A stretch of 64,000 nt of DNA from an uncultured virus (IMG/VR IMGVR_UViG_3300014969_000015) (lineage: Duplodnaviria > Heunggongvirae > Uroviricota > Caudoviricetes): the IMG/VR virus record IMGVR_UViG_3300014969_000015. One strand, written 5' to 3'. Position numbers and translations under genes: made by a program. Within the stretch, counting starts at the first letter, position 1. The number at the start of each line of letters is the position of its first letter. Shown piece by piece: positions 53,410 through 64,000 of the stretch. Under the pieces are notes generated by a model. That model was not told where the DNA came from. It saw only the letters and a list, made by a program, of their open reading frames with translations, and made no database searches.

Positions 53410-53898
53410 ATGGCGCAGCTCCCGAAAAAGTCACCCGCCCAACTTGAGCGCGACATCCACGCCGCGCTCAAGCTCGAACCTCCGCGCCTAAAGCGCCTGG
53501 GATACGTCACGGGGCTTGCTGTCTATCTCGTATCGGGGGAGTACGTCCGTAACCACATCGATCCGGACTTTACCCAGGGCGGTAACGAGGGTGCGTATCC
53601 CGGCTACAACCCGCCAGGCGAAATTTGGATCGACGACGCAATGCACGTCCTCGATCGCATCGCCACCATCTTTCACGAGATCGTCGAGCGCAATCTCATG
53701 ATGTGCCAAGGCGTTGGTTACGACAAGGCACACGATACCGCACTCGAGCGCGAGATGAAGTTCCGCAAGGAGCTCATGCGTCAGCGCCCTACCTCGACGG
53801 ACCTTCGTCTCGTTACCAAGGCGCTCCGGCCGTATGCCCAGGAGGCGTTGCCCTCAGGCAAGAGGCCTGGCAGAGCGAGTCGAACCATCTCCGGATGA
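53410..53898 (+). CDS. Putative metal-binding (HE..H) protein with N-terminal shared tag
   Basis: PKKSPAQLERDIHAAL; EIWID...FHEIVERNLM...YDKAH. Confidence 0.7.
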   Translation: MAQLPKKSPAQLERDIHAALKLEPPRLKRLGYVTGLAVYLVSGEYVRNHIDPDFTQGGNEGAYPGYNPPGEIWIDDAMHVLDRIATIFHEIVERNLMMCQGVGYDKAHDTALEREMKFRKELMRQRPTSTDLRLVTKALRPYAQEALPSGKRPGRASRTISG

Positions 53899-55143
53899 AG
53901 AGAGACGAGTTCACCGCGCGGAGGTCATGGGCATCCCTCCGAGCACCTCTCCGACCCGCACGACGCGCCGCCCGAGCAGGCTACCGTAGGTCAGCCGCGG
54001 TCCTGCCGCGAACAGCGCGCGCGAAAGCGACGCGCACGCAGCAGCCGTGCCTCCGGCAGTCCGTCCGGCAGTCCGTCGGGCATGGTGTCGAAACGGACCT
54101 CGCAAATGCGCAGCGTGGCGCGCACACACTTTGTCAGCCCACGCCCGGATCGCCAGCGTTTGAATTGAGCAATGATCTTGAACCGGAAGATGCCAAGCGT
54201 GACGTCGGTGCCGTCGGTGCCTGTTCCGATGAGATACCAAAGTGAGGCAGTCACGGATAGATGCTTCCGTGCTTGTCCGGTTGTCTCCCACGCTCGGGCT
54301 GCTCCGTGCGCCGATCGTGTCGGAATGCGCTCTCGACGGCCGCGTACAGGTGTTCCTGGACCTCGGCACGTACGGCTTGGCGGGCGAGAAGATCCTGGCA
54401 GGTCACGATGTTTGGCAGGACATTCGCTACACCGCGGACATGCTTGATAGCGGACACGATCGATTTAAGATCGTCGTCTCGCATGTCCTCGTCAAGGGTA
54501 ATGGTCAGGTGGCGGATGCGGTCGGTCATGGGCGCTTCACTTTCTGTAGGGTCATAGGATGTCAGTTACCGTTGTCAGACGTCGTCACAAGAGTGATCGG
54601 CGCGGCAACGTCCCCCGCGCAAGCCGCGGCGAAGTACGCGCGCGCGTACCGCAGCGCGGCGACGTGCAGAGAGCGACGCGCGCTCTCGTCGGACTGAGGA
54701 CCGCTGTGCCGCCCGTACGCCTTGGCGACGGCTTCTAGCGAGATGGCGGCGCGCTCGACGTCACCGTGCTTGTCCGTCACTTCACATCCGCCTTGCGATC
54801 GCCCGCGTGCGTGCGATTGCGCGCAGATGATCGTGGCTGATTTGGTCAATGCTGAGGTAGCACCCATCGTTGGTCATCCACATTTTTAGGCGGATGGAAT
54901 CTTCGCGCATCATGCGTAACCGCGCTGCCGTGAAATGTGCTCATTCTCCATAGATTGGCCTCCTCGAGATGACCTTGAAGTGCTCCATGCCGAACGGAAG
55001 GGCTCCTGTTCGCTGCCGGAGCTGCCGCTTTGCACGGGCAATTAGGTGGTCGTTGTCCGCGTCTGGATCGTCGAAGAATACCTCGACGGTCCCGCTGTAG
55101 GTTGCGATCTGGTACTGAATGATGGCCAGCATGTTTTGTACAG

Positions 55144-55947
55144 TCAAACTTTAACGACGCGCCCGCGATCAAAGCCGTTGGCTGATTCGACCGGATAGCC
55201 GCGCGGGTTGCAAACAACCCGAGTCTTGCCAATGACGTAGTCACACGTTGCGTGTGTGTGGCCGTGGACCCAAAGCCGCGCTCCTGCGCGCTCCACCAGT
55301 TCAGCCGCATCCCCCGCAAGGAAGAAGCGATTCAATGCCGAACCCGCGTACTGCGGATCGATGCTTCGCGGGTGCGGTAGGTGGTGAGTAACGACGACGT
55401 CCCCCGGCCGCACGTGCACCTTGAGAAATGCGAGATGCTCTACATGGGTATCATGTACCCAGGGCTCGAAGTCGGCGATCATCCGAAAGTCTGCCAAGGC
55501 ATTGCGGTACAGGATCTCGTCAGGCGTGTCCGGGAACCACAGCGTCGCACCGACGAAGCGAATCCCGTCAATAGTGACAATGCCGGGGTTGAGAACATGG
55601 AGGTTGGGGATTCGCTGCGCACACGCGATAAGGCGCGTCCAGACGGCTGCGGGATGTGACCTGTAATACTCGTGGTTGCCCGGCACGAAGACCACGTGGG
55701 CAAATCGCGCGCAGAGCCCGTTGAACACACGGCAGGCCAGATCGGTCGTGCGCAGGGGCATCAGATCGCCAGCCAAAATGAGCACGTCTCCTACAACGGG
55801 CAGCCCGTGAACGAAAGCCTCTCCGCCATCGGGGTCGCACTCGAAGTGCAAATCAGAGAGGATCTGAAGGCTGACGCTTGGATTTGTTCTTTCCTCAGGG
55901 AGGGCCATATCAGTGCTCGGTGTGCCTAGTGCATTCCGCAAGCGCAT
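55144..55947 (-). CDS. Calcineurin-like metallophosphoesterase
   Basis: SDLH, AGD, GNHEYY, VVTHH, HGHTH, NPRGY. Confidence 0.93.
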   Translation of the reverse strand: MRLRNALGTPSTDMALPEERTNPSVSLQILSDLHFECDPDGGEAFVHGLPVVGDVLILAGDLMPLRTTDLACRVFNGLCARFAHVVFVPGNHEYYRSHPAAVWTRLIACAQRIPNLHVLNPGIVTIDGIRFVGATLWFPDTPDEILYRNALADFRMIADFEPWVHDTHVEHLAFLKVHVRPGDVVVTHHLPHPRSIDPQYAGSALNRFFLAGDAAELVERAGARLWVHGHTHATCDYVIGKTRVVCNPRGYPVESANGFDRGRVVKV

Positions 55948-57476
55948 CCTGTAGATCGAGGATCGTCGCGCGGAGAACGGTCAACGCCTCCTCAAGTTTT
56001 CCCAGCTCTGTTGCCTGTGCGGCGCATTTGGCAGCGAGCTTATCGCGCTCGTTTCGGAGGATACCCAGGGCATCGATCGGGATGTCTCCCTGCAAATACC
56101 TTTTCGCAGCTGTGAGTACCGAATGCTCCAAAGGGGGAGGGGCCGCGGGCATCATCACAAGTTTTCGTACCGTTGCGAGGCATCCCTCGCAGAGCACTAT
56201 TTTTGCCCCTCGATGGCGGATCATGAAGATGAAGGTCCCCGCGGCCATTTGCGGCATGGCAACAACCCCAGTACCGCCTTGGCATGCTGCGCGTGGGTCA
56301 TCCGAAAAGAAGCTTTCACAGTGGATGTCGATCATCGGTCCTTTCAGCGCGCAAATCGCAGCTGATGATGATTCACACGTCGCCGATGTCGGGAAGCTGG
56401 ATGTAGCTTGAAGGTGTCCCGCCGACTTCAGGGTGTGTGCGGCTGGGAGCACCCTCGGTGCTGCGGAAACTGAGGCCAATGGATTGTGCCCAGTTACGAA
56501 CCGCCTCGGCGTGCTCAACCCTCCACAGGGCAGTGTAGTCATTTCCCTTCCCACTCGGACTGCCAAGAGAGCATTCAAAGTCCGGGCACTCATCGTCAAG
56601 GATCGCAGTGAGCAGTTGCTTGCAGAGCAGGGAATTATCGGACGAAAGTTCAAACATGACGAGGGCCGGCAGTATCTTGGATCGGGCGGTGCCCCTGATA
56701 GGTTCCTTCGTTTCAGTCATTGCTTTTCCTTCAGTTCAGCTAACTGCGAGCCATACAGTTGACCAGTATCTGATTTGCAGGGTCTTGTCTTACGAAAGCA
56801 GTAGCAACAGTTCGAGGTGCTGTATATGTCCCGCGTGGTGGTTGGTCCGAGCTTTGTGCGGTTCTCCCACGTGTCAGATTGGACGAACGGAAGCCTCTCC
56901 ACCGGGTGGCAACTGCGAGGACGCCTTGTGGTGAGAGTACCTGCCGCGCACCGTAATCGCCACGCGCTTGCTGCACGTGCAGCAAGCAGCTTTGTAATCG
57001 AGGCCGACCTCGCCTGGCGCTGGTCCCCCGTCGTGCGGTCCTGTGCACCTTCCGAGGCGTTGCGACCGTTCGCGCGGCGTTTCGACAAAGGCCATGATTA
57101 CCCATCACCCGCGGCAGGGTCATCTGAAAATACGCTTTCACAGTGGATGTCGATCATCGGTCCTCTTCGTGATTAACGCATGGGTATCCGTCACGCCGTG
57201 ATTTCTCATTTTCGATCCGGCGGGCGACCCTGCGACCGTATGTCTTCATCATTTTGCGGATGCGCCGTCTCTTCCGTTGCTTGCCGTACCCGGTGTAACT
57301 ATGTAGCCACAGCGACCAACTGCCAGGATTGCCTTGGTTGACCGGCTCGTCCACAGTGCTTGGGCTGTATTCAGCGGCCTTCCTGCCCTTGGTGAGCGTG
57401 GAGCGCGGTGACGATCTGGTGGGTCGGTCGATGCGGCGATGATTCGTTCGGCTCATGGTATTCCTCGTCCACGAAG

Positions 57477-58214
57477 TCATCCAGAGGCTTTGGTCGCGCC
57501 ATGGACTTTTGGGCCACCCGATGTGTGCCAGCGCATTCGGCGAACATAAACACACACGTCGTCGTGCATCCCGGGCCATTGCGGGATCTCGTAGCTTGCG
57601 GACAGCTTCCATTGTTCAGCCAACGCTGCGTGAAAGCCGTTGTCACCTGTGCAGCCGCCCTTTCCCTCGCCAATGTAGATGACGCGAGCACCTCCGTAAC
57701 GTTCGAGCGCATGCAACGCCATGCCGCCATCCGGCGGCCAGCAAAGCATAAGTGTATATTTAGAAGGAACGCTGAATGTTGCAGCGTCTCCCCTGGACAC
57801 ATCACCGAAATATCGGAGAATTCCCACCTCTCGACGATGCCAGTGGTTATCACCTTCAAGCGGTGGATTTGAATCGACAGCCTGAACTTCTGCTCCGACA
57901 TCACGGAGCAGCTTGGCCCAGTATCCCGTCCCGCAGCCCATATCACAGATCGGAGACAGCGTGGCAAGCTTTCGCACGACACGCTCGGTTGGGATCGCCC
58001 ACGCGTACTCGGCCGTGAGACGCGCGCGATGCCTGCAATCTGACGTCAGGAACTCCCGTAGGTACGGGTTGTCGATCGTCTCGCCGATCGAGAGCCTGTG
58101 CCACGTCGCGAATGGGCTAGGGTCCCCGAAAACGCGTTGCGAATGCCAGCCACATGTGCACTCGACCCGGCCATCGCGGACGCGTGTATCATGGAATCTA
58201 GCCGTTTCAATCAC
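57477..58214 (-). CDS. SAM-dependent methyltransferase-like protein
   Basis: YAWAIP, DMGCGTGYWA, LMLCWPP, IYIGE. Confidence 0.8.
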   Translation of the reverse strand: MIETARFHDTRVRDGRVECTCGWHSQRVFGDPSPFATWHRLSIGETIDNPYLREFLTSDCRHRARLTAEYAWAIPTERVVRKLATLSPICDMGCGTGYWAKLLRDVGAEVQAVDSNPPLEGDNHWHRREVGILRYFGDVSRGDAATFSVPSKYTLMLCWPPDGGMALHALERYGGARVIYIGEGKGGCTGDNGFHAALAEQWKLSASYEIPQWPGMHDDVCVYVRRMRWHTSGGPKVHGATKASG

Positions 58215-59729
58215 AAGCAGCTCTCAGGAGAACGGCTTGCTAGCCACTTCGGATGGGCGCCTTCTGGCGTCCAGCGGTGCTGATCTTGCCCTGTTTCGCT
58301 TTCATTCGACATTAGAGCACTTGCACCTTATCGTGCCACGCCATCCGGATCGGTTCGGCACAAGACACGCACGGCCGAATTTGGCCGTCGCACATTTCCT
58401 TGGCCTCGTGGGGTTCGCAAAATTCGGAGCCGCCAGGGGCGGGCTGCGCCGCCTCGCAGTGCGGACAGTGAACCTCAATCGAAGAGGCTACTAACACGGC
58501 ATTACGAGGGCGCGGCTTGGTCGTCATGGGCTACCTTCTTTTGCCGGTCAATTTTCTGGTCTCACACCTTCGAGCTGCCTCGAAGCGCTCCTTCGGCTGA
58601 GCCATGACCATTCCCAAGGTTATCTCGCAATCTCTCAGTTCGCGGCGTTCCGTGGGCGTAAGATTCCAAAGGCTTGCTAAATAAACGCGACGCGCTTCGA
58701 CTTCGGACATCTTCATAATTACACCTCCGTGCCTTGGCATGACGGCCACGCCCCTAGCCCCACCATCACGCAATCCAGCGGCATAGTTTCGCGCAGAGCC
58801 TTCGTCGTCGAACACCTGATGGAGACCCATCGAACTGCTCACCTCGTATTTCTGCGCGAGCGGCGCTTCCTCTGCGCACACCGACACCGACCACCCATAC
58901 GCGACGCATGCGGCTTTGGCCTCGTCATATACGGACCATGCCTTGCGGAGGCTGTCCGTGTAGGCGCTCTCGGCCTCGGCATGGTCCCTGGTCGCGATCT
59001 CAAGAAGGAGCTTGGTACGCTGGGTCTCGTCCATGTGCTGACGCTCGGCGCCGGCCGCGGCATTGATCCTCTCGATGATCTGGCTCGCGAGCGGAGATCC
59101 GTCGCGCGCGGCCTGCGCGATCGCCCTGTGGGTGTCGCAGGTCGGCGCCGGGGGCTTGGTGCGATCAGCGTCGCAGGTCGGCGCCGGGGGCTTGGTGCGA
59201 TCAGCAGCTTGATTCATGGGCGACATCTTTCTGCCCGCACTCGGCGAGCTTCAGTCAAGAGCAAACAGCTCAGTTGGAGCTGAGCCGGCGAACCTGATAC
59301 TCCACGAGCTGACCGCGCAGGTGCATGGTCGTCTGAACAGCCATGAGACACGTGCGCGCCTTTCCCTCGTCGTCCGCCGCAACCACGGCCGTCGCGGTCT
59401 GTCCATCGGCACACGTGGCCGTGACCTCCCAAAGATGCTGACCTTCCAGCTCGATGGTGCGGCGACTAGACACAACGTGGCGCGTCTTACGGGTGTTCAT
59501 GCACCTTCTATAAAGCATCGCGCGTGCCGACGAGGTCAACGTGGAAGTCCATGATCTTAAACCGAGGGTATCGAGATACCCAGGCTCTGCGATCCCACAG
59601 GGAGAGGCGATCAAGACACGGGTAATCCAATACCCTGCCGCAGCACGGATCAGTCCCAAGGGCGACGGCCACGTTTGATGGCGCGTGCCGCACCCCAAAT
59701 GTTTGGCTGTGTGCTACACGCGGGTCCCA

Positions 59730-60442
59730 TGAGAACATTCCATTTGACCGCGTTACTTTTTTGTGCTGCGTGTGGGGTCGAGCCCGACATCGGGGCAGCC
59801 TCGCAGCCCGTGCTCACCACGAGCCTCATGCTTCCAGGGGTCGTTGTGGCGGAGCATGCCGCCGCACATTTGCTTGCAAGCGGGTGCCTTGCCGAGCACG
59901 CCGCGGAGATGGCCGCCACACCGAGCGCCTCTGAGTACCTGTCCTATCTCGTGGCGTGCGCGCTGCCTGCAGATCGCACGCTGACGGTTGGCAGCCTAGA
60001 GTACTTCGGAGAGCTCGGCCTCGCTCCCACATGGACCAGCGCAGCCTTGTCGCGCGCGGGGCGGGAGGCGATCAGCGCGTGTGTCCTGGCGCGGCTGAAT
60101 GATCGAGGCGTGGAGCTAGAGATCTCGATGCGCGGCCCCCGCCTCGAACTTTCCTCCGATGAAAAGGAGGTCGCCCCCGTGGAAGAAGGTGCGTTTTGGG
60201 GGGACCTGTTCACAGCGGCGGATCAGCCCCTTACCTGGTTCGCCTGCCGAGGCCGAGGCTCCCTGGACGCGGGTGGGCTTATCGATCGGACATGCGGGCG
60301 ACAGGATCCCGCGCACCTGGACAGTACGTTGTGCGGGCTCTCGTTCGCCGGACCTTGTCCCCTGATCTGCGATATGGGCCGGGACTTTTATCGGCGCTGC
60401 GGGGGCAATACCCAGGCCTTGACCGTGTACGTTGGCCCGTAG
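59730..60442 (+). CDS. Myxobacterial-type Cys-rich lipoprotein
   Basis: Lipobox AAC; LSYLVACALP...GELGLAP.W...ISACVLARLN...ISMRG...EEGAFWGDLF. Confidence 0.7.
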
Positions 60443-60500
60443 GGGGTAATAAAAGACCCACGTGTCTTGCGCCGCGAACCTGGGGTAAGGGTAAGAGCGC

Positions 60501-61061
60501 ATGAAGAAGATCCCCAGCCTGTTCACCCGCACCCCCGATGGGCGGGCACTTACCCCCGAGTATCATCCCCTGGCGGCTTGGGTCGTTAACGGCGAAGGAG
60601 TGGCCACGCGGAAATGGGACGGTACCGCGGTACGCTTCGTCGACGGAACCCTCTGGGCGCGCTACGACGCGAAACGCGGAAAGGCCCTACCTGCAGGCTT
60701 CATACCTTGCCAGGATCCGGATCCGATCACCGGACATCACCCCGGCTGGGTGCCGGCCACTCGTCCAGAGGACAAGTGGATCCGCGAGGCCGCTACGGGC
60801 ATGTCATTGGAAAACGGGACGTACGAGGCCTGTGGGCCCCGTATCGGAGGCAACCGCGAGGGCCTCAACGCTCACATGTTGATCCGACATGGAGCGGAAG
60901 AGCGCGTTGGCGTCCCCCGCGACTACGCGGGCCTCGTGGCCTACTTCGCCAGCCATGACATTGAGGGCATCGTCTGGTGGCGTGATCTTAAAAACGACGA
61001 TTGCGACAAGGTCAAGATCACCGGCGTCGCGCTGGGTATCAAAAGGAGGCCAGGACCGTGA
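60501..61061 (+). CDS. RNA-ligase-like nucleotidyltransferase (DUF5565-like)
   Basis: ATRKWDGT (KxDG motif), TYEACGP, EGIVW, KVK. Confidence 0.7.
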   Translation: MKKIPSLFTRTPDGRALTPEYHPLAAWVVNGEGVATRKWDGTAVRFVDGTLWARYDAKRGKALPAGFIPCQDPDPITGHHPGWVPATRPEDKWIREAATGMSLENGTYEACGPRIGGNREGLNAHMLIRHGAEERVGVPRDYAGLVAYFASHDIEGIVWWRDLKNDDCDKVKITGVALGIKRRPGP

Positions 61062-61593
61062 GTGCTGCGGAATATGGAGAATACGGGGACTGGATCTGCC
61101 TCGACTGGTATGACGGGCCGCTCACTGAAATCGCGCGCGTAGCGTTCAAGGACGGCCACACCTTGGCGGAGATCAAGTGCCAGGGAGGTTGGGTGGGGAC
61201 CGACTACCGGACTGGGCGCGACGGAGCGAAATTCTTCGTCAACCACATGCGGTTTGATCGTGAGACATTGGTTGCCATGCTCGATCTGATCGATGGTAAA
61301 CCGGTCAAGGACTTTCATGACCGCTGAGCCCTCGCGAGAGAGATGCTCCGTACCTGGGCATCCGGATCCCACTTGTGACCCGCCTCGGCCGCTGGTAGCA
61401 CCGTGTGATTCGCTCATGCGGCTCACTCGACAAGGAGTTCGCGATCTTGGCGGCAACGCGCGAATTCGACAACGCCCACAGCCTGCTGAATGTCGACACC
61501 AGTGGGAGCACTGGATCGACTGGGATTGTAGGGAAGAGAAGCCTGTGCATCGGAAGAGGTGCGGATTTTGTCAGGCGGTTAGCCATGGATTCT

Positions 61594-61784
61594 AACCGGA
61601 TAAGCGAGCCTTCCCCGCCGCCTTGCAGCGCGAACCAGATAAGCGAGACTTCTCCGCCGCCTTGCAGCGTGAACCAGATAAGCGAGTCTTCCCCGCCGCC
61701 TTGCAGCGCGAACCAGATAAGCGAGACTTCCCCGCCGCCTTGCAGCGCGAACCAGATAAGCGAGCCTTCCCCGCCGCCTTGCAG
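61594..61784 (+). repeat. 39-bp coding tandem repeat x5 (NQISEPSPPPCSA) at the start of ORF 61585..61956
   Basis: Visible directly in the sequence. Confidence 0.9.
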
Positions 61785-64000
61785 CCTGCGCACCGGCAAG
61801 GTTTCAGTCGTCACGGATGGAACGCCTTGCAGCGCGATGCACGGGGCGTTCCTCAAGGCGTTTATGGCGGCCATGGACGGAGATTACGAAGCCTTGGATT
61901 GGTGGGAGCGCGTGACCCGCCGTTACCGCGCGGCATGGGGAGCACTTGAGCTGTAATCAGCCGGTGTAACATTCCAAGGACCTAAGATAGGTAAAGGAAA
62001 CCAGAACATGACGCGACAAGGCAGCCCGAAAACAGTCTCGGCCCGAGATCGAATGATCCTTTGGCGAACTCATTGTTTGGAGGAGATCGAAGAGCTTCTC
62101 CAAAAAATCGGAGGCCTCCTTTCAGAGACCAAGAGCCTACGCACGATCTGCACGCAAATCGTCGGCAGAATGGCCAAGGAGGCTGACAAGATGAGCCAGG
62201 ACCTCGATGCGGGGCAAGACGCCCGCCGTGATCGGGCCTTTGAAGATCTCGTCAAGCAGTACGGTGCGCGCGAAGCTAAAGAACTATTTGATGCCGATGA
62301 CTATCCTGGCTATTATGCCGTCGAGGAGGCCAACGAGCGCGATGAAGAAGCGCGCAGCCACCTCGAAGAAACAGCCTTCCCTGATGTTCCTGATTCCATG
62401 GACCAAGCGATCGAGTCGCTTGATAATCTACGTGAAGAGCTGAAAGCACTGCTCGTACACTTTCGCAGTCTGAAGTGATGCCCAACGCCTATAAACCAAT
62501 TTACGAGGGTATTCTCTCGAAGCTTACCGCCGAGACGGCCTGTCGTGCCGGGCGCTCCCTCCAAGAATGGATCGAAAGTGTGTCCTGCACGAGGTCAACC
62601 GTCAGCGCGCGTTGCTTACCTATGCGCCCATTAAGATCGAAGTCATCGAGCGTGCCGAGCGCCTGGCCGTGGGACACAGCGATTACATTTCGAAGTATGC
62701 GCTAGCCGCAGCGGATCTCGTGTTTCGCAAGGAAATTGCATAAATCCGCTGCCGAAGAGGAGCACCTAATGACCCTCGAGAGAAAGTTTCCCTGGCCCAA
62801 CGAGCGCGAGCGCCGGGGCTTGCGTATGATCCGGACAGGAGACGTGACAAATAGCAGCGACGCCGAGGCAGCGGACGTCTGGATCGATCGCTTATTGGAA
62901 ACACCGGACAGCTCCGCCGAGGCTCCCCGCTGGTCCAAGCCGCCTACTGCTCCATCAAACCGTCCAGGTACTCGGCAATCGATCTCTGATCTGTCCCGTA
63001 ACGGTCGTATCACCCCGGAACAGGGAGCCCTGCTCTACGAGATACGTCGAATGCTAGAATGGAAACGACGGCCTTGGTGGGACCGACTGATCTCGCGGTT
63101 ACTTGGAGAGCGTCCATGAAACATAAAATGCGAGGGGCGCTGCCATGAAACACAAAATACGAGAAGCACTCGCCATCGAAGCCTGTGCAGATGGAGCGCT
63201 CATCCTTTATGCGGAGCTGCCCGACGGCGATGGAGAGCCTATCCGCATCGAGCCCCCTCGTGTCTCTGCAGTGCTCGCCGCATGCGGAGATGCACTTGCT
63301 AGAAAGCCGAGTACCCGATGACCCTTCCCAAGTGCGCTGTGCTGACGTGTCCTTACACAGCCGATCCGCGGTGGTTCGCGCGAGACACGGATGATCAGCC
63401 TGTCATGATCTGTGACGGCCATCCCCAAATGCCGAAGCCCTCCGAGGTAGCTCGACGACCGTTAGCGCTCACGGCAAAGACCCTCGCCGCGCGGATCGTC
63501 CATAGCGGGTATGCGCCTACCGCTCGTGAAATCAGGTACATTGCGCAAGCGCTGCTCGACTACTCGAATGAGGATAACTGCAGTGCCTTAACACCGCATG
63601 AATGGCAGGAAGTGTGGAAGACGCTCGATGCGGAGCTTGTCGCGGTGGATCCGCTGGCAACCCCCGCGAGCGAGCGCGCGGCCCTCAGAATCTATGCGGT
63701 CATGGCAAGGGACTGGAGCGACGCCCTCGATATGGTTACCGCGTGCCAAGACCGCGGAGCGCTGAATGTGCTGCTCAAGATGCTCACGCTGCCGGGCAGC
63801 GGGGCCACGGACGGCAAGTTAAACGCCCTGTTCGTCGAGCCGGTGCGCCGGCGTATCGAAAAACTTCAGACATGCGTCGAGCCGCCCGCGGATCGGACGG
63901 GCTGTGTCCCTGAGCAGGTGAATAGCCGCTTCAATGATGAAGGAGAATCGTGAGCGTGGAGGTCAAGGTGATCCGCCACCTGCCGAGCAAGATCGACCTC

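Noticed and set aside
61594..61784. 39-bp, 45-bp and 18-bp repeats as extra CRISPR arrays
   Set aside because: They are contiguous in-frame tandem units with no unique spacers.

Overview
The window is GC-rich (roughly 60% by eye) and densely packed with short, mostly hypothetical genes. It has no housekeeping operons and no recognisable capsid or terminase genes. It reads as the accessory region of a large phage or plasmid-like element. The host is probably a myxobacterium, inferred from a myxobacterial-type lipoprotein and a GAFSGA sigma54 activator. Recognisable parts: a tnpB cut by the left edge, a 37-repeat CRISPR array with its own sigma70 promoter but no cas genes in the window, tRNA-Leu(UAA) with a duplicated 3' half bracketing a 3-gene insert, a tyrosine recombinase, VapE-like and degenerate RadA fragments, a sigma54 activator, an RNAP alpha-CTD fusion, and AlkB, NUDIX, SLT, phosphoesterase, methyltransferase and RNA-ligase-like genes. 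Three observations stand out. (1) About 12 otherwise unrelated proteins share a short tag, K-K-S-x-A-Q-L-D-R-E-I-x-E-A-L, and many are expressed from a shared leaderless extended -10 promoter. Three of these genes follow a conserved CGAAAC-N15-GTTTCG inverted repeat. This is a candidate protein-targeting or packaging system. (2) The orphan array is transcribed on the minus strand, has a 3'-terminal hairpin repeat, and its spacers appear antisense to coding sequences. (3) It contains blocks of variant repeats with very short spacers. All family assignments come from motif recognition by eye, not database searches.
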